From the NCBI GenBank assembly GCA_977020255.1, contig CDROCS010001306.1, positions 310,001 to 374,000 of the forward strand: a DNA stretch of 64,000 nt. The letters run 5' to 3'. The notes beneath the pieces are model-generated. The model had not been told where the DNA came from. It ran no database searches and worked only from the letters and a program-made list of their open reading frames with translations. Shown in pieces: positions 31,045 through 45,674 of the stretch; position 1 is the first letter of the stretch, and every line of letters begins with the position of its first letter. The position numbers were made by a program, and so were the translations under genes. This DNA comes from Obrimoposthia wandeli (Eukaryota).

Positions 31045-34000
31045 ACGTATACATAATTCAAAAGAGTCAGATTCTACAAACACAATATATAGTTATACAT
31101 GTATATAGCTAGTTTATAAACATATAATATCGGTAGGAAATTTCCGATTTCTGATTACATAACTATCTACTTCACTATTCAAACTTTCACTTCCTCAGAA
31201 ATTCGATTCTCATGGGGAGGATTCCTTTTGAAAACTGAATTAATACATGTCGTGGACTTAAAAACTATATTATTCTATATGGACCTTCATCCAGCTCGTT
31301 ACGCTAACTTCTTTGGATTTAATTCTTTTTAACAAGAACATTTTCATTAACTTCAAATATCCTTTCCCCTCTTCTTTAATTATTTAACTTTTCTGACTTT
31401 TCAGCAGCGATTTGTTGGTTCTTTCTTACGTCTTGAATGATACTTTCTTTATTGATGTTTGAATTTTTCTTTATCTTCCTTAAATGATTTCAAATTATGA
31501 ATGTTATGAAGAACTATTTATTGTTGCATTTATAAAAAATTTAATTTGTGGCAATATATCGTGCCAGCATTTTCCTATTTTAGTAGATACTATTGTCGTA
31601 ACAAACATATCTCTTACCAGGAGTATAACTCTTTCTGCTAGATCGTTAGCTTGATGTTGGTATGGTGCTTAAATAACAAATTTTCGTAGCCAATTCTGAG
31701 AGTAATTTTCATTAAATATTTGTCCCCTATTTGTTAAAATACTCCAAAGTTTCTAAAATTTATATATCCCATTCGTCTCGAGTGTAAAATTGTTATTTCA
31801 TTTTTTGTAGTTACTGATATTGATACAAGTTTACTAAATCAATCGATTACTATCAACATATATTTCATTTTAGATCTCTTTCCTTAATCTGGACTATATC
31901 GACAACTATTTCATCTAAACTTTTTTGACAAAGATTATATATTTATTTTGTTCTGGTATTTCAATTTTTCTTTTTGCACAATAAACACATTTTGATATGC
32001 ATTCTTTTATTTCTTGAAATATTTCTTTCAAATATAAATTATCTTTCATATATGTAGTTATAAAGCTTTTGCATTCCTAGGTGAAAAATATATTGAATTT
32101 CATTATTGATTTTATTAGCGTTCTTCGGATATAAAATAAATAATTCTGTAGATTTTGATTTAAATAAAGGATATCCTCACAGAGTTTAAGTTTCTTTTGT
32201 CTGTTAAATCGAACTTCTTTAGCATTCTTCTGATAAATCTCTACTTTTTAGTGGGAGAAAAACTTTCATTTCTTTTACGTGAATAACGTTGTTATATTTT
32301 TCTAATCTTGCTCAAGAAGCTTTCTTCATTTAGTGAGTGAATATATATGTATTTTAGATCTTTTCTCTAGTGCGTCCATATGTTTAGTTTAACACTGATC
32401 ACAGACAGTTTCATTCAATCTTGTTCTAACTTAAAATTAGATTCTGATAAATTTGCCAACCATGTTTGAAATTAAGGACTAATTGGTTTTTTTGTTGTCG
32501 TCAAAAACACTAATGCTTTATTATCTGTTCTTGTCAAATATTCTGTTTCATATAAATATTGCTTAAGCGCATAATAAATTCGTATGCTGTTTAAAATTAT
32601 TTTCCGATAAAACAATAGCCTTTTTCATGAAAAGTCAAATGACTTGAAGCGTATATAATCCCTTTTTCGTTTCTCATTTCATCCAGTTGGCTCAATACTT
32701 TTACAATCGAAAAAGCTTACGTTTGTATCAGTTATAACTTTTCGATTTCGCCCTGGAAAGTCTATTATGGGAGCTGTTGTTGATTTTTCTTTGAGGAGTG
32801 AAAAAACTTGTTTTACAATCCGGTGCCCATTGTATTGACTTCTTATCTCCAGAACGCGCCACATAAAGTGAAGCGGCAATTTTGGAATAATTTTTAACAA
32901 ATTACAAATAATAGTTTTTCATTCCTAAGATTTCCGCTACATTTTGGTTATTTGAAATTTTTAATTTAGTTCACTTTTGACTGATTTGTATATATTCCGC
33001 TTTCTGTTATGGTATGACCTAGGAATTTTAACTGTTTCTGATAAATACAGCATTTATGAGGGTTTATTTTGATGCCTGCAGCTGCAATTATTTGAATACT
33101 TATCTTTATAATTTATAATGTTCTTCTTGGTTGTTACTATAAACAAGGATACCATCTAGATATATAATTGTGCCTTTGAACAACAAACCATCCAACATTT
33201 TATGCACCAGACTCTGGAATGTTGCTGATGCTGTAGTCAACCAAAATGGCAACCGATTGAAACAAAATCGTCTGAGTTTTGTACAGGAAGCAGTTTTTGT
33301 CAGAGACCCATTCTCTATGTCTACCTGATAATAAGATTGTTCATTATCTAGTGTCGTAAATATTTTTGCATTACCCAGACAATCGAACAAGATTTGTGCA
33401 TCCGGTATTAGAAATGTAAACTTCTTGGTTACAGCATTTAGTTGTCTGTAGTAAACACATATTCGAATTGTATATTCTGGCTCCTTCACAATGACCAATG
33501 GCAAGTTCCAAGAACTTTTACAATGCCTAATTATGTTTAATTTCAGTAAATTTTCATCGATTTCTTCAATTTGGATTTCTAATGCACTGGTTGCCGTCTA
33601 GTATTTTAACAAATTGAATCAACAATAGTCTCAATTTTATGGGAGATAATTTTGGTATATCCTAGATCACATAAATCATTTCCCAACTCCTCAATATAAT
33701 GTTCTAGAATTGAGTCTCTATTGCATTTTAAAGAATTACATATTATACCTGTTCTTTCTTTCGAGGAAAATCTTTTAATCATGCTAGACAAGTCCAAATT
33801 AAATAATTTCTGCAGCTTTATCCCAACTGCTTTCATTATATCGATTCCATCAATAAAATCTTATTTAATTTCTTCTACAACGATTATTTCCAAAGTTTGA
33901 TCCTTTCCATTCCAAAATACTTTACTATTAAACCTACCCATTGTTGTTGATGACTACTCGAAAAACTCCACTCAGATATAAATTACTATGTCTCATTTTG

Positions 34001-35400
34001 TGACATCCTACTTTCTTCCAAAAATCCATACTCATTACAGTAACTGATGTTCTCTAGCCAACATAATTTCAACATTTACATTATTAATCCTCATTATAAT
34101 CGATTCACAACCATCATTCTTCATATACATATTTTTATTCCGTTTTGGTCTATATGTTTGATCTCACATACGAAATGTGAGCAGTTGGATCGCGCGCGTT
34201 TCGCTGACAAACGTCAGTATTACCATGTCGTTACTATTACAATCTTATAAATCTTCATTATTTTCTCCCACTGCTTCTGTTATACAAAGTACACTTGAAG
34301 TTTTATGTGGGTTCTTTAAAAGTTAGCAGCTGTTGAAATTTTGACCTTTTTCCACAAATCAAACATTTGTGATTGAGAGGACATTGATTTCGGAAATGAT
34401 TTTTTCACCACAACAAAAACATGCTCCTGGTCGAAGTTCTTCACTTTGTTTTACAGATAATCCCTTGGCTAAGTTATATTTCCTTTTAGCTATTTGTTTT
34501 AAGAGAATTCTTAGCATTTGTCTTCTATTATTTTGGTTTTATGCATATAATTTTTTTTTCTTCAGTAACATATCTTTTTTCTTTGTGATGTACTGGTACT
34601 GAGTGTTTCTTCCTATTGTTTAAAACGTGAGGAGGGTTGTAACCTTTTTTTAATGCATTAGCATATGTATTCTGAACTTGTGCGATCTCAGTTTTCTTTC
34701 TCTCAAATTCACTAGAAAACTTTACCAATGCCTCTACTTCTTCTATTTGGCATCTTCAGTTTTAATTAAAAAAAACGTTCCTTCAGTTTCCCGCTTCTTA
34801 CTCTATCCTTAATAAAAGTATCAGTCAGTTCATCTTTGCTAAAATTATTTTTCACCATGACATCACAAAAGTTTCTTACTCTAATTCTGAACGCTGAGAA
34901 ACATTTGCCTTCTACTTGCTTCAGTTTTGCAAGTTCACAAACTTTATTAAAATTTTTAAATTTTCTTTAAAACCATTTTTTGACTTCAACTTCTGAATTT
35001 ACCGCTTCACTGGCATCCTTCCATAATAATGCACTTTCATCGAACAACAGCAAATCAAATGCATCCCGATATCAAGGTCATTTGCATCGATCCATTCTTC
35101 TATATATTTTAACTATTTTACGCCCTCCTATAAACTCATTCATATCTCTATATCTTCTTATGTTGTACTGCAACATCATTTTAGTATCTTTTGGAAGAGA
35201 CCAGATAATATTCTTTGCTTAATTTATCGTCACTCCATTTATTTCAGCGTTGTCACCAGTTATGTTTTCCATCGTAAACATAATTCAAAAGAGTCAGATT
35301 CTACAAATACAAGATTTATTCATGTATACAAGAATTTTATGAACAGATATTCTCGATAGGATATTTCCAGCTTCTGATTACGTAACTATACCCATGAATA
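31045..35400 (-). mobile_element. Decayed Ty3/gypsy LTR retrotransposon
   Basis: RT remnant at 33106-33504 (RICVYYRQLN, RLPFWL..ASATFQ, IYLDGIL), RNase H remnant at 32679-32900 and gag remnant at ~35280. Diverged direct repeats CATAATTCAAAAGAGTCAGATTCTACAAA at ~31052 and ~35279. Many stops. Confidence 0.8.
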
Positions 35401-36869
35401 TCAAGATGGAACGAAGGTAAAGAAGACGGTATATAAAATTAATAATGTTTACCCTAATTCCACCTAAGAATCAACAAAAAATTCAAAAATAGTGACAGTC
35501 TGGTCGACACGGATAGGCCAGGAAGTTCGACAGTTTGATGAGTACGTTTTAAAAAAATAATGAATAATCGATCGGGTAATTCGTGTACAAATTGAAATTG
35601 CACAGGAAACCTTTACAAGCATGAAGACAAGTTCCTCATGAATTACCAAGGGAAGTAACGAGCAGCACTACAACACGAATTAGAACCATTTTCAGTAAAA
35701 TGATTACTTGACATAAAATAGATACACTAAAAAAGGTTTTGTTGATTGTATAGGAAATAGTTTATTACAAATTATTAAAAGTTGATCAAACAATAAACGT
35801 TATCTTTTATATTCAACAATGAAATCGGTTGAAAGCTGCAGTGATCATCAAACACCCAGCAATTGCGAATAGCAAAGAAGTTATCATTCAGAATATAGCC
35901 GGTATGCGAACTTTAAAAAAATACTAAACATCATTTGAAACAATTGCGTGTGTAAGTTCTCGCCTGACTCTTTCGCATCATCACTTATTCCAATCAATGA
36001 AGGATTATCGCAAAAGGGAAATAAGTCAGAAATGAGCTTTTGACGTATTTTGGTTCTTAATCAGAGAAATGGTTTCTAAAAATTGATCAGAAAGTGTGAA
36101 TGACTTGCTGACAATGGTGGAAATTATTTTGTTTACAAGACTTATCGGTACCTCTCAGAGAAACAATTTAATAACAAAATTGCATTTTTTGAATATGTTT
36201 CTTTACGAAATAGAGAATAATTACTGTATGTATACCCTCATCAATTTCCTCCAGGCACCTTTGAATATTTCATTGAAATAAATGTATCCAAATTATTAAA
36301 TAAGTGTATGTCAAATAAAAATACAGAAAATATTAAATGATTTTTTTTAAAATTCCTTATAGCAACTAGAGTCGAATTAAAATAGCGAAATAATAAATGA
36401 TAAAAGTACAATGGTTTAATTATTTTCATTATAACTTGAACTATAAGCATTATATGTAAAAATCTATTATGTATCTAAATATGAAATTACATTAAGAATT
36501 CGATAACGTTTCTGTATATTTTCAGTCTTTTTTATGAGAATTGTATAATTTTTCAACATTGATCGAATATGTAAACAAATCTACTACATCAAATTTACAT
36601 TTTCGACTAATATACAAGAGAAAGTAACTACAGAAAAATTGAAGAAATACTATTTATTATATTACAAATATATTTTACACAAAATTGTAAAATTAAATAA
36701 TTGGAAAACAGCAAAGAAAAAACATTCAAACGCAAACATTCTAGAAATAATTCTTGCATAACATGTAAAATTTAAGAAGTGAAATTTGTTTTCATTTATT
36801 CGTTAATGCTAACTGAAAATTTATAGGTATAAGAGATTTTAGTATTTTTATACATATTTAGTGGCGGCA

Positions 36870-37100
36870 GATTCCAGAGGATTAACTGGCCAGTGCACCC
36901 AATTAAATTGAAAATGAACCTAGAGTAGGTGGATGTGTCCGGTCTAATCCATCCACCACCTAAGGGGTAGCTGGCACCCTGTCCTGTGAAACTGTGCAAG
37001 TGTGTGTGGAGCGAAATCTCATGCATGTGTAAAAATCTACACATGTCCAGAACCTTTCAAAGCGAGACCTACATACACTTTTCAATTGCACAAGAGCTGC
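36870..37100. repeat. Copy of a short interspersed (MITE-like) repeat, also at ~18560-18810 and ~57800-57906
   Basis: Shared GGATTAGACC.GACA.ATCCACCTA and CACACATGCACGGTTTTAAAG segments occur in both orientations. Confidence 0.6.
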
Positions 37101-38255
37101 TTACTGGGCGCGGATGGTACATTGGTTAAGGTTACAACCTGAAATTAGAAGATGTTTTATCCCATTTTAAAATCTTTAAAACTAAAAATTTCATAGTGCA
37201 CCCATAGAGTGCTGACGAGGGAGGGGTGGATTAGAGCGGACACATCCACCTATCAGTATATTTGCTTTCTACATAGAAGTAGCCTGCAATATTATTGATT
37301 TTTCATTATAATCGTCAATATCTGTCATATCTATCATAGGAGTGAATTATTATTAAAATCTAATAGTGAAAAAAACTATTAAGAAATATTACTTACCCAG
37401 TTTAAATAACATTCCAGAAGTCAATTTTATCTTTATGAATATTTGTCCTTATAAATTCCCTATGTTTTCTTTTGAAAATTTGATCTTCGTAAATCTCAAC
37501 TGATATTATACTTCATCAAATTTTGAAATAGAAGGAATTTTTACTGTTAATAAACAACATTTTATATAAAATATAGAATAAAAACTATAATGGTGCTAAA
37601 TCAAAATTTGTTCATTTTTCAAATAAGCCAAAAAAATTATCCTATTAATAATACAGAAAGTGTCACTTAGGAACCATTTAACATCAGAAATATTAGTTTT
37701 ATTCACTTATATCAAAACAAATGTAAACAAAAATATGATACGTTCTTTCTAATTTTAAAAAGCAAAATAAGGTACGTGATAAATTTAAAAATAAGGAAGA
37801 AATACAAAAAGTTCAATTTTAATGAAATATAATTTGAGCTGTTCTTCAAATATTCTTTTAAGCACGCATAACCGTACATCTCATGCATGTTGGGCTTAAG
37901 AAATGTTTTTCTATTTTTGCTTTTACCATTTTATTTGTAATATTCGTTTGATGACCATGAATGGCGTTTAAAATACACGCTTTAAGTTTAATAAAAACTG
38001 CAGGAAAATGGAAAATTGTGTTGCCTTATTTTGCATCAGGTATAATTATGAGAAATTTTGGAGAGAAAATAAAAAAAAACTGAATGTAATATTTTAGAAT
38101 TATTTTAAACTTTAAATGTTTTGTCATATATATCGAGAGAAGAAACTGCAAAGCGTCATTGTGGTACTGTTTCTGATAAGTCTCAAATATGAAGCTGCAA
38201 TTTTCTTTAAAGTGACCTCTAAATGAGCCCTTAATGACCTTGAGACGTCACTTAC

Positions 38256-38569
38256 CTCGATGTTGTTGGCACGTACGGCTGTTGGAGCTGTGGCAATGTT
38301 GCGTCTATAGGTGCGGCGTACTGCCCAGATAATGACCTCCATACAGGACACCATACAAGAGGCCACCAATCCAAACAGAAGTCCGAAAAAGGCGCCACCC
38401 ATCTTTTCGAGACCCAGCTGATTGCGAACAGTGGAAGAGTGAGAGTTGTGCTCGAAGCAGGACTTTGTCAGGTTGAACTTCATGAGCCACTCTCGACGGA
38501 ACTTTTCTAACAGCTGATCCTTTTGCAGCCTCAAGATGCCCTCCGAGAGAATGTCACGCAGAACATTGT
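38256..38569 (-). CDS. Ionotropic glutamate receptor exon: end of S2 and M4
   Basis: LRDILSEGILRLQ...W...C...LGLEKMGGAFFGLLFGL. Acceptor GCAG at 38570 (phase 1) and donor GTAAGT at 38255 (phase 0). Confidence 0.88.
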
Positions 38570-38833
38570 CTGCACAACGCACCGAAGACCGGTGATTTGG
38601 CAAATATTAACAAATAATGAAAATATAGTAGGTGTCATAAAAGATGAACAACCGTTTTTATATCGTTTTAAAGTTATACTAAAAGTTTTATCCAAAAATG
38701 ACACTGAATTTGATGACAAAAAAATCGATAAATTTAATATCCCTTTATCATTTTCTCTAATGAATACGTCATTCCAAATTTTGTCGTTAATGTCGTTTTC
38801 TAGAGAAAAGAAAATCTGCACTCTTAGGAGAAG

Positions 38834-39110
38834 GTGGATGCATTATTGCAATGCACTACTTTCAACTACTATAATTGGAGTTTTTGTTCTCCCTGTGCAT
38901 GTTCACTGCACAGTGGATCACCGGTACACATAGCCAAAAGCATACGAGGCTTTCTAAACAAACATTTCCCCGAAATATGGGCCAGAAAAGATGGCTTGAC
39001 TCCTTTACCAAGCCGGGACCCTGACTTCACGTCATGTCATAATTCCTTCCGGGGTATAGTGAATAGGAATGTACGTTCACAAAGCCAAGTTCATATGATG
39101 AACTGAAGTT
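38834..39110 (+). mobile_element. Tc1/mariner-type transposase remnant
   Basis: FLNKHFPEIWARKDG..LPSRDPDFTS..F.G.V matches the FP.RWIGR.G..WP.RSPDLTP.D motif in degenerate form. Confidence 0.65.
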
Positions 39111-42100
39111 GTTAATGGACCTGGGAAATTAAATGGCGATATTCTGCGACAGTTCCATTTGCGCACATTTCGTAGGCTTCAACTTTTCCCTCCTTTTATA
39201 TTAATATGTTAAATTTAAATAGAAGATAAATTAAAACAGGATTATAGTTTAATGTCACCATCGCTTATAGATATATTGAGAAGCCGATATCAGTGCAAGA
39301 TTCAAGGATCATGTAGTTACATACAGTATTGTTTACTTGATAACTTACTTATTCAACCTACATATTCTCAAAGCGTCTCGATTTGAATAGAACTTTACAT
39401 ACAAGTAGTTATGGATATTCTTCATCTGTTGTCCAAGTTTCGACAATATTTAAACTGAAAATCGACACTATCAGGAATATTTATATTTCTGCAACAATAT
39501 ATTCATAACTAGTTGCTTTCTAAAATTGAAGGCCACGGCTGAAAATTTGAGTTTTAGTTTATTTGGAAAATATATCGAAATTCCTGATCGTGTTTACTTT
39601 CAGGTGAAATATGTCCGAAATTTCTAAACCCGATTTTGTTGAAACTTGCACAACAAATTAAGAATATCCATAACTATTTGTATGCAAAGTCTTCTTTAAA
39701 TTTGACCTTATTTCGAAAAATTAGAAAACATCGAATCTCGGCTGAATCTCAGTAGGGAAAGATGATATCAGGTTCCAAATATTTTCAATATTAGTATAAT
39801 CTGGACACGACTATTGTACCATTTCAAATTCACTTGCATTAAGATATTCTTGTTTGGTATAGTTTTTATGTCAATATATAAATTATTACTGAACTTTCCA
39901 ATAAGTTTTGATATAATATCATTTTCTAACAATGAAGATAACACTTTCCATTGATAGTTACTTTAATCCATCATAACCAATTGCTCCAAATATTTTTACT
40001 GAAACAGCTACAAATTTTATTTCTAATTAGTCAACTTTGTCAGCAACTTATTTAATTAAATAGTAGTATGTAGGTATAGAAGTATGTACATTTATTTGAT
40101 GTCACTCTTATAACGAAAATAATCGGTAAAACATTTAATGTCAATAGATTCACATTGTGCGAACGGAATAACTGGATTCGCCACAGGGCCGTATTGTTAA
40201 TACCGATGGTTGTAATAACAGTAATCGGTGCCATTGACCTTTCCTGAGTAATGAGTGAGTCAGAGGGATCTGCTTTACGTCTTCGAACATCAAATGGATA
40301 ATTCTAGACAGAATCTACGACTTTGAATATTATTGTATCACCAACATCAATATAAATTTCGTGAATGTCGTCATACATTTTGAACTTCCATATCAAATAG
40401 AATTTATTCGCAACATATCTAGATAAGGAATTTAGAGTAGATGGTATAGAAACTTGTACCAGTTGTGATTTCTCTGGATTCAACAAAATATACTGAAATG
40501 TTACATTATATGTAAATTCACATATTTCATTTAACCTTCCTTCTCCTATATCATCTTTATACCATAAACCAAACTCCTTCATTGAATATAATATTAGTTC
40601 AGTGTCTTGTAATATTTACTGTAAGGACATCTTCAATACCTATACAAAATCTTATGAATCAACAGTAACAAGGTCAATCCTTCTTCATACCTTTTTATTT
40701 CATCAACAGCATTAATAATTACTATTAACAATCCAATTCTGTCAGGATATTTTAGAGTTGAATCATCGAGTTGAATTATGGATTTAATAATGTAATTTTT
40801 GACACCATTTCTTTTTATACTATATGAAGACAAATATAACCGTTTTCACAATATTTTATATCATAGTTGGTTCAACTTACAACGCCAGTTCTGCTTACCA
40901 AAACGGTCTGTTAGGCATTCGTATTAAATCGGGGATTTCAACGAAGAAAACCACAAATCATACCTTTAATAATGAGTTATGGAAGTAAAGTCTGGATATT
41001 TTCTAAAATGAGTTTCAGTGTCTTTTTTGCTGTTGATTGTCTCGAATATTTTAATTCATTGTCAAGAAAAATAGGCCAAATAAACAGTTACCTTTACGTA
41101 AATTCTAAACATAATAATTTACATTATTATTTTGAAAAAGCATAAAAATAGTTCAAAATAGTTCTTTTAGTTCAAAATGAAAAAACTGTTTTCAATCGTC
41201 CATTAGTGAATTTAATCCCCAACGAAAAAAGCATTTTAAATCGGGTTAAATTAAGTGCAACAAATAAACATCATAGTTTAGCTTCAGTGATTAATCAATT
41301 TTACTGATCAATATGTCAATATGACAACCTTTAATACCCATTTCCTTTCTTCCACATGTTTTTCTTATCACATCTGAATTCTTAGAATGCCGAATGTACT
41401 TACTTTAATGAAATTTCCACGTTTTACTTCTTATTCTAGTTCAGCGTTTCTGGACCTCTTTACTCAGTGCACCTTCTCAAAGCTATCATAAAGTTAACGC
41501 CCTAAATACAAATGATGATGAAAACACCATTAAGAATTTGCTTATTTTAAAATACCTACGCAGAAAATATACTTTCACATAGTATATACCACGATAATCA
41601 CTAAATGACATCTTATATTATATCTGTGAGTAACTGATCTTTATAATGTACATACAGCAAACATGTGAATGAAGTGCCAATGGAATCTTCGTGGTTGATG
41701 GCGGGTTTGTTAAATTATTTATATCTGGTTGCATATGTGAGAGCTTCAACCTGAGATCCTCACTATCCGTAATTTGTTGTCAATTCCCTTCTTTGATGAG
41801 GAGCTGGTTCAATGCACTGAAGTCTTAGATCAGGTAGGATGACGTCAATGCGATAAACAGTAACTTAACATTGATCCACATAACGTGATATTTTCCAAAC
41901 TCTAGCATCCACACATCATAGCCACCCTTGACCTAAAATAATGCTTTTGACTACACATTGTTCTGTAGCTCTATCGGTGATTCTTGGATATCTGTAACTT
42001 GTGATTCCACATCCCACACGAATGGTTTGGTCACCCAATTGAGTATAATGAAACGTGTCACGTCATGAAAGTGCTCATCGAATTAATTTTTCATCAAGTC

Positions 42101-42489
42101 CAGATGATCGCAGGATATCATCAGATCGAGATCTGTAATCTTACCTCGAGGGCTGCATATAAAAAGAAACTGTATAAAGCATCTACATCCAATTTTACAA
42201 AAAACTTACCTGTATATGAAATTTTCCATTTTAGAAAATAGCCCCCTTGAAACTATTTCATATTTTATAAATTTATGTTCAGAAATTATTTATGTTATGA
42301 TATGACTCCCAAAGTCGAAAGTAAGATTTGAATACTTTTTTTTTCAATATAAAGATATTTACACAAAATCCGACTTTTTTTTTACAAATTATGACATTCT
42401 TTCGCTACTCTCTGTGTATGATAGGAAATTTCCAATCTCTTCTTGATCTGCTGATTGCTATTTAGCTAGTTGATTGTCATGCTCTAATC

Positions 42490-43922
42490 CAAGGCTTCTT
42501 AACCTTTTCGAAATTATGGACCCCTTTAATAATATGGTGTAAGCTATGTGATCCCTAATAAGAATGAAGACTCAGATAACGGTTCATTTTAAACAAGATA
42601 TTTTAAAATGCTAAATGTGTACTGAGGAATACAAAATATATCAAGAAATTTCAATTTTTTTGTTTTTATTTGATAATCCATATATTACTTTAAATAAGGA
42701 CAATTAAATTATAATCTAATATTAAAAAAGAAGATTTTTAACTCATTAGTGTGAAGGTTGTTTATTTGGGGAGCCGGCAAAGAAAATATAGACTGCATGA
42801 GATCTTAACTTTCAAAAATAACTTTTCATTTTCCATAACAAATTTTTGAGGTCATTTCTTACTCTTTTAATCAATTAATTTTTAAGACCATCACCTTCAC
42901 CATTATTTTCATTGCCCCACCCATCATCATCATCAAAATTATTACTATTATTTTAATATTTATTTTATTAATTAAGATATTTTAATATGTAACTTTATTT
43001 TTTAGATAATCACATGCTTACTTTTCTTATTGAGCATGTGCTTATCTAGATCCTTCACATTCAGCACTTTCCGTAATTCTGTTCCAAAATATTGTTGTTT
43101 TCGATAAGGCAACACACATGCCATGTTGAACATCCAAACGATTTCTACTTTTGGTCTTGATTGTTACCAATGTAGAAAACTCCGATTCGCAGAAGTATAC
43201 CATGGTAAAAGGAAATATAATTTCCATATCACGCTGCACAAGGCATGGGTGGGCTACTTTTAAGAAAAAGAAGAATTCTACATGTGTTTTTGAGTTAAAC
43301 TAAATTTGTGGCAAGGCTTTTCTTCTAAGATCGATGAGTTCATGAGAGTATTCAGATGCTGTATCAATGTTGCTGGTTTCATACTTCCGTTAACTAGAAC
43401 ATTTCCGCATAGAACACAGCGTGGTTTATCTCTCTGACCAAGTTACCTCATGCCACAGAAACTGTAAAATACGTAATTTTCATCATACCTTATTTTCAAA
43501 CATTTGGAATTAAATTGAGATGCAAAAATATTAAATAATCCCAGCTGATGTTCTTTTTATGAAATAACAGAACTCAAAGAATTCAAAATTAAATTAATCA
43601 AAACTACAGTAAATAAATATACATAATATCGCTAATCAATCATTTACAAATTATTTATAATTTAACACCAAGTACAGTTTCAATTTACTAATTGCTTTAC
43701 AGTGGTTGAATTAGTATGTGGGTTGAAATTCTTATTTGATCAAAATTTAAAGCATATTACGGTTTTTTTTAAGCGCAATTATTAAAATTTTAATTAAAAA
43801 TCTTTTCATCTTTTTGCATGAGTTAGTTTCTTGACTAGAACATTTTCTTCTCCAAATTGACGGACCCTGAAATCTATCGATTGACTTCAAGGGGCTCATG
43901 GACCACGGTCTAAGGAACCCTG
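42490..43922 (-). mobile_element. Non-autonomous hAT (Charlie-like) DNA transposon
   Basis: Termini CAAGGCTTCTTAACC and GGTCTAAGGAACCCTG, with an 8-bp TSD CTCTAATC/CTCTAATA. The dimerisation-domain remnant YFCESEFS.L..IKTKSRNRL is at 43042-43239. Confidence 0.8.
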
Positions 43923-44328
43923 CTCTAATAACATGCTCTTTTGTTCAGAAAGTTCAAAATTAAATAAAATGAAAATTAATGATATATTAATGTTAGATGT
44001 ATGGAAAAAATTACAGAAATTACGTATTCTTCAACTGAAGCAAACAAAGAAAAGATTTCAGTACATAACTTCTGTGAAAAAAATGTTGATAAAATAAATT
44101 AAGCACCATTAGTTAATGATCCAAAAGAAAAAAACGTTATGCAAATATGAAAAACTGAAAAATCACGAGTAATAAATCCGAAATTGAGAGAAAATTGTGT
44201 CGTTAACTGTGGGTCAGATTTGCAGCTTGTGTGTTGAATCAGTATGACTTTTGTTGGTGTGCATAATGTGTCATCTGTGCAACAGCTGTATTTCGTAATC
44301 GCGTAATACTATATAAGAGTGTGTAGAG

Positions 44329-44810
44329 CAGTGGTTTTCAATCAGGGTTCCGCCAGTACAGTCCAGGGGTTCCGCATTTTCTAAATTTCTAAATTAGAAC
44401 AACGAACAAATAAACGACATTTTAAATTGACCTTCTGTTTGCAAGAAAATCTGAAAGACTTTGTAGAATGTTTGAGTGATGACCATTGGTGTTCGAAGTT
44501 AGCATATCTTGTCGATATATTTCATGAACTAAACCTCTTGAACAATAGCATGCAGGGCAGAAACGAAAATATCTTGTCTTCTACTAACAAAATAAATGCT
44601 TTTCAGAAGAAATTGACAATATGGAAGAAACGCATAGCTGCAGGAAATTTGGAAATGTTTCCAAGTGTTTTTAAAAGGAATTGTCAAGAAAATTTTATTA
44701 ATTAAATGCTGTTTTTTGCACAAGACAATTAAATTATTGCACAGGGGTTCCTCCAGCCAGTGGAATGTTTCCATGAGGTTTCGCTCCAGCAAAATGGTCG
44801 AAAGGCATTG
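44329..44810 (+). mobile_element. Internally deleted hAT (Charlie-like) element, 482 bp
   Basis: Perfect 8-bp TSD GTGTAGAG (44321-44328 and 44811-44818) and a CAGTGGTTTTCAA terminus. Transposase remnant W..KLAYLVDIF..LN.LN.SMQG..N at 44427-44705. Confidence 0.88.
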
Positions 44811-45448
44811 GTGTAGAGGCTACTTTAGTTTGTCGTGTTTTTGAATAAAATTTAGTATCATATTGTTCCAGTCTTACATTAACATAATTTGTTAATATGA
44901 TGTAAATTAATATATGTTTTATGTAATTTTGTGTTCTTTCTTTTTAATATTAATCTAAATTGTAATCTACAATTTTAATATGCGAAACTGTTATAATCTA
45001 TCGTTTGTAACAACATTTACATATTTTGAATCTGTATTAATTTCTGCACGTTTAAATACCTAACCCGATAACTCTAAACAAACATATATTTTGTAGCATC
45101 ATATATGTCTTTTACATGTACTTTGTTTATTTTAAGTTATTGTTGCATTTCTTAAACAAAGGGTTTTGAAATAAAAGTATTTATTATGTATTATTAGTTC
45201 TAAATTAGCTTCATTATTATCTTATAATAAAATAAAAACTATTATATATTACATTAATTAAGAGATAGAAATTTTACAATTCTAAAAAAATATAATAACA
45301 CAATGTTTCAAACAGTAGGTGATAAGTATAATTTATTCTGGTTAGAAATTCAAAAATGTATTCGCTGAATATGGAATGAATGCGTAACCCAGAATTTATG
45401 CGATTCGATTAGATGCCTTTTCGCATATATCTACAAAGTGTAACTTAC

Positions 45449-45674
45449 TGCCGGAAGCGAGGCCTATGGCATATCCTCTTGAATCGAGTAGTCCGCCGAG
45501 TGGCATGAGGCTACACTTTCGCTGTGTGTAGTACTCGTTGAGGGAAGACTCTAGGATGAAAGCGTAATTTCCCTCGAGCGCTCGTTCGATCCCATCCTTA
45601 GTCGAGTCTACGAACACACTACGGTCGTTGTTCATGAAGTTCCACATCCGCTTATACGTGCTGATGTTGGAGTT
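45449..45674 (-). CDS. Ionotropic glutamate receptor exon: S2 ligand-binding segment
   Basis: YKRMWNFM...VFV.ST.DGIER...NYAFILES..NEYYTQRKC.L..LGGLLDSRGYAIG. Acceptor ACAG at 45675 (phase 0) and donor GTAAGT at 45448 (phase 1). Confidence 0.93.
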
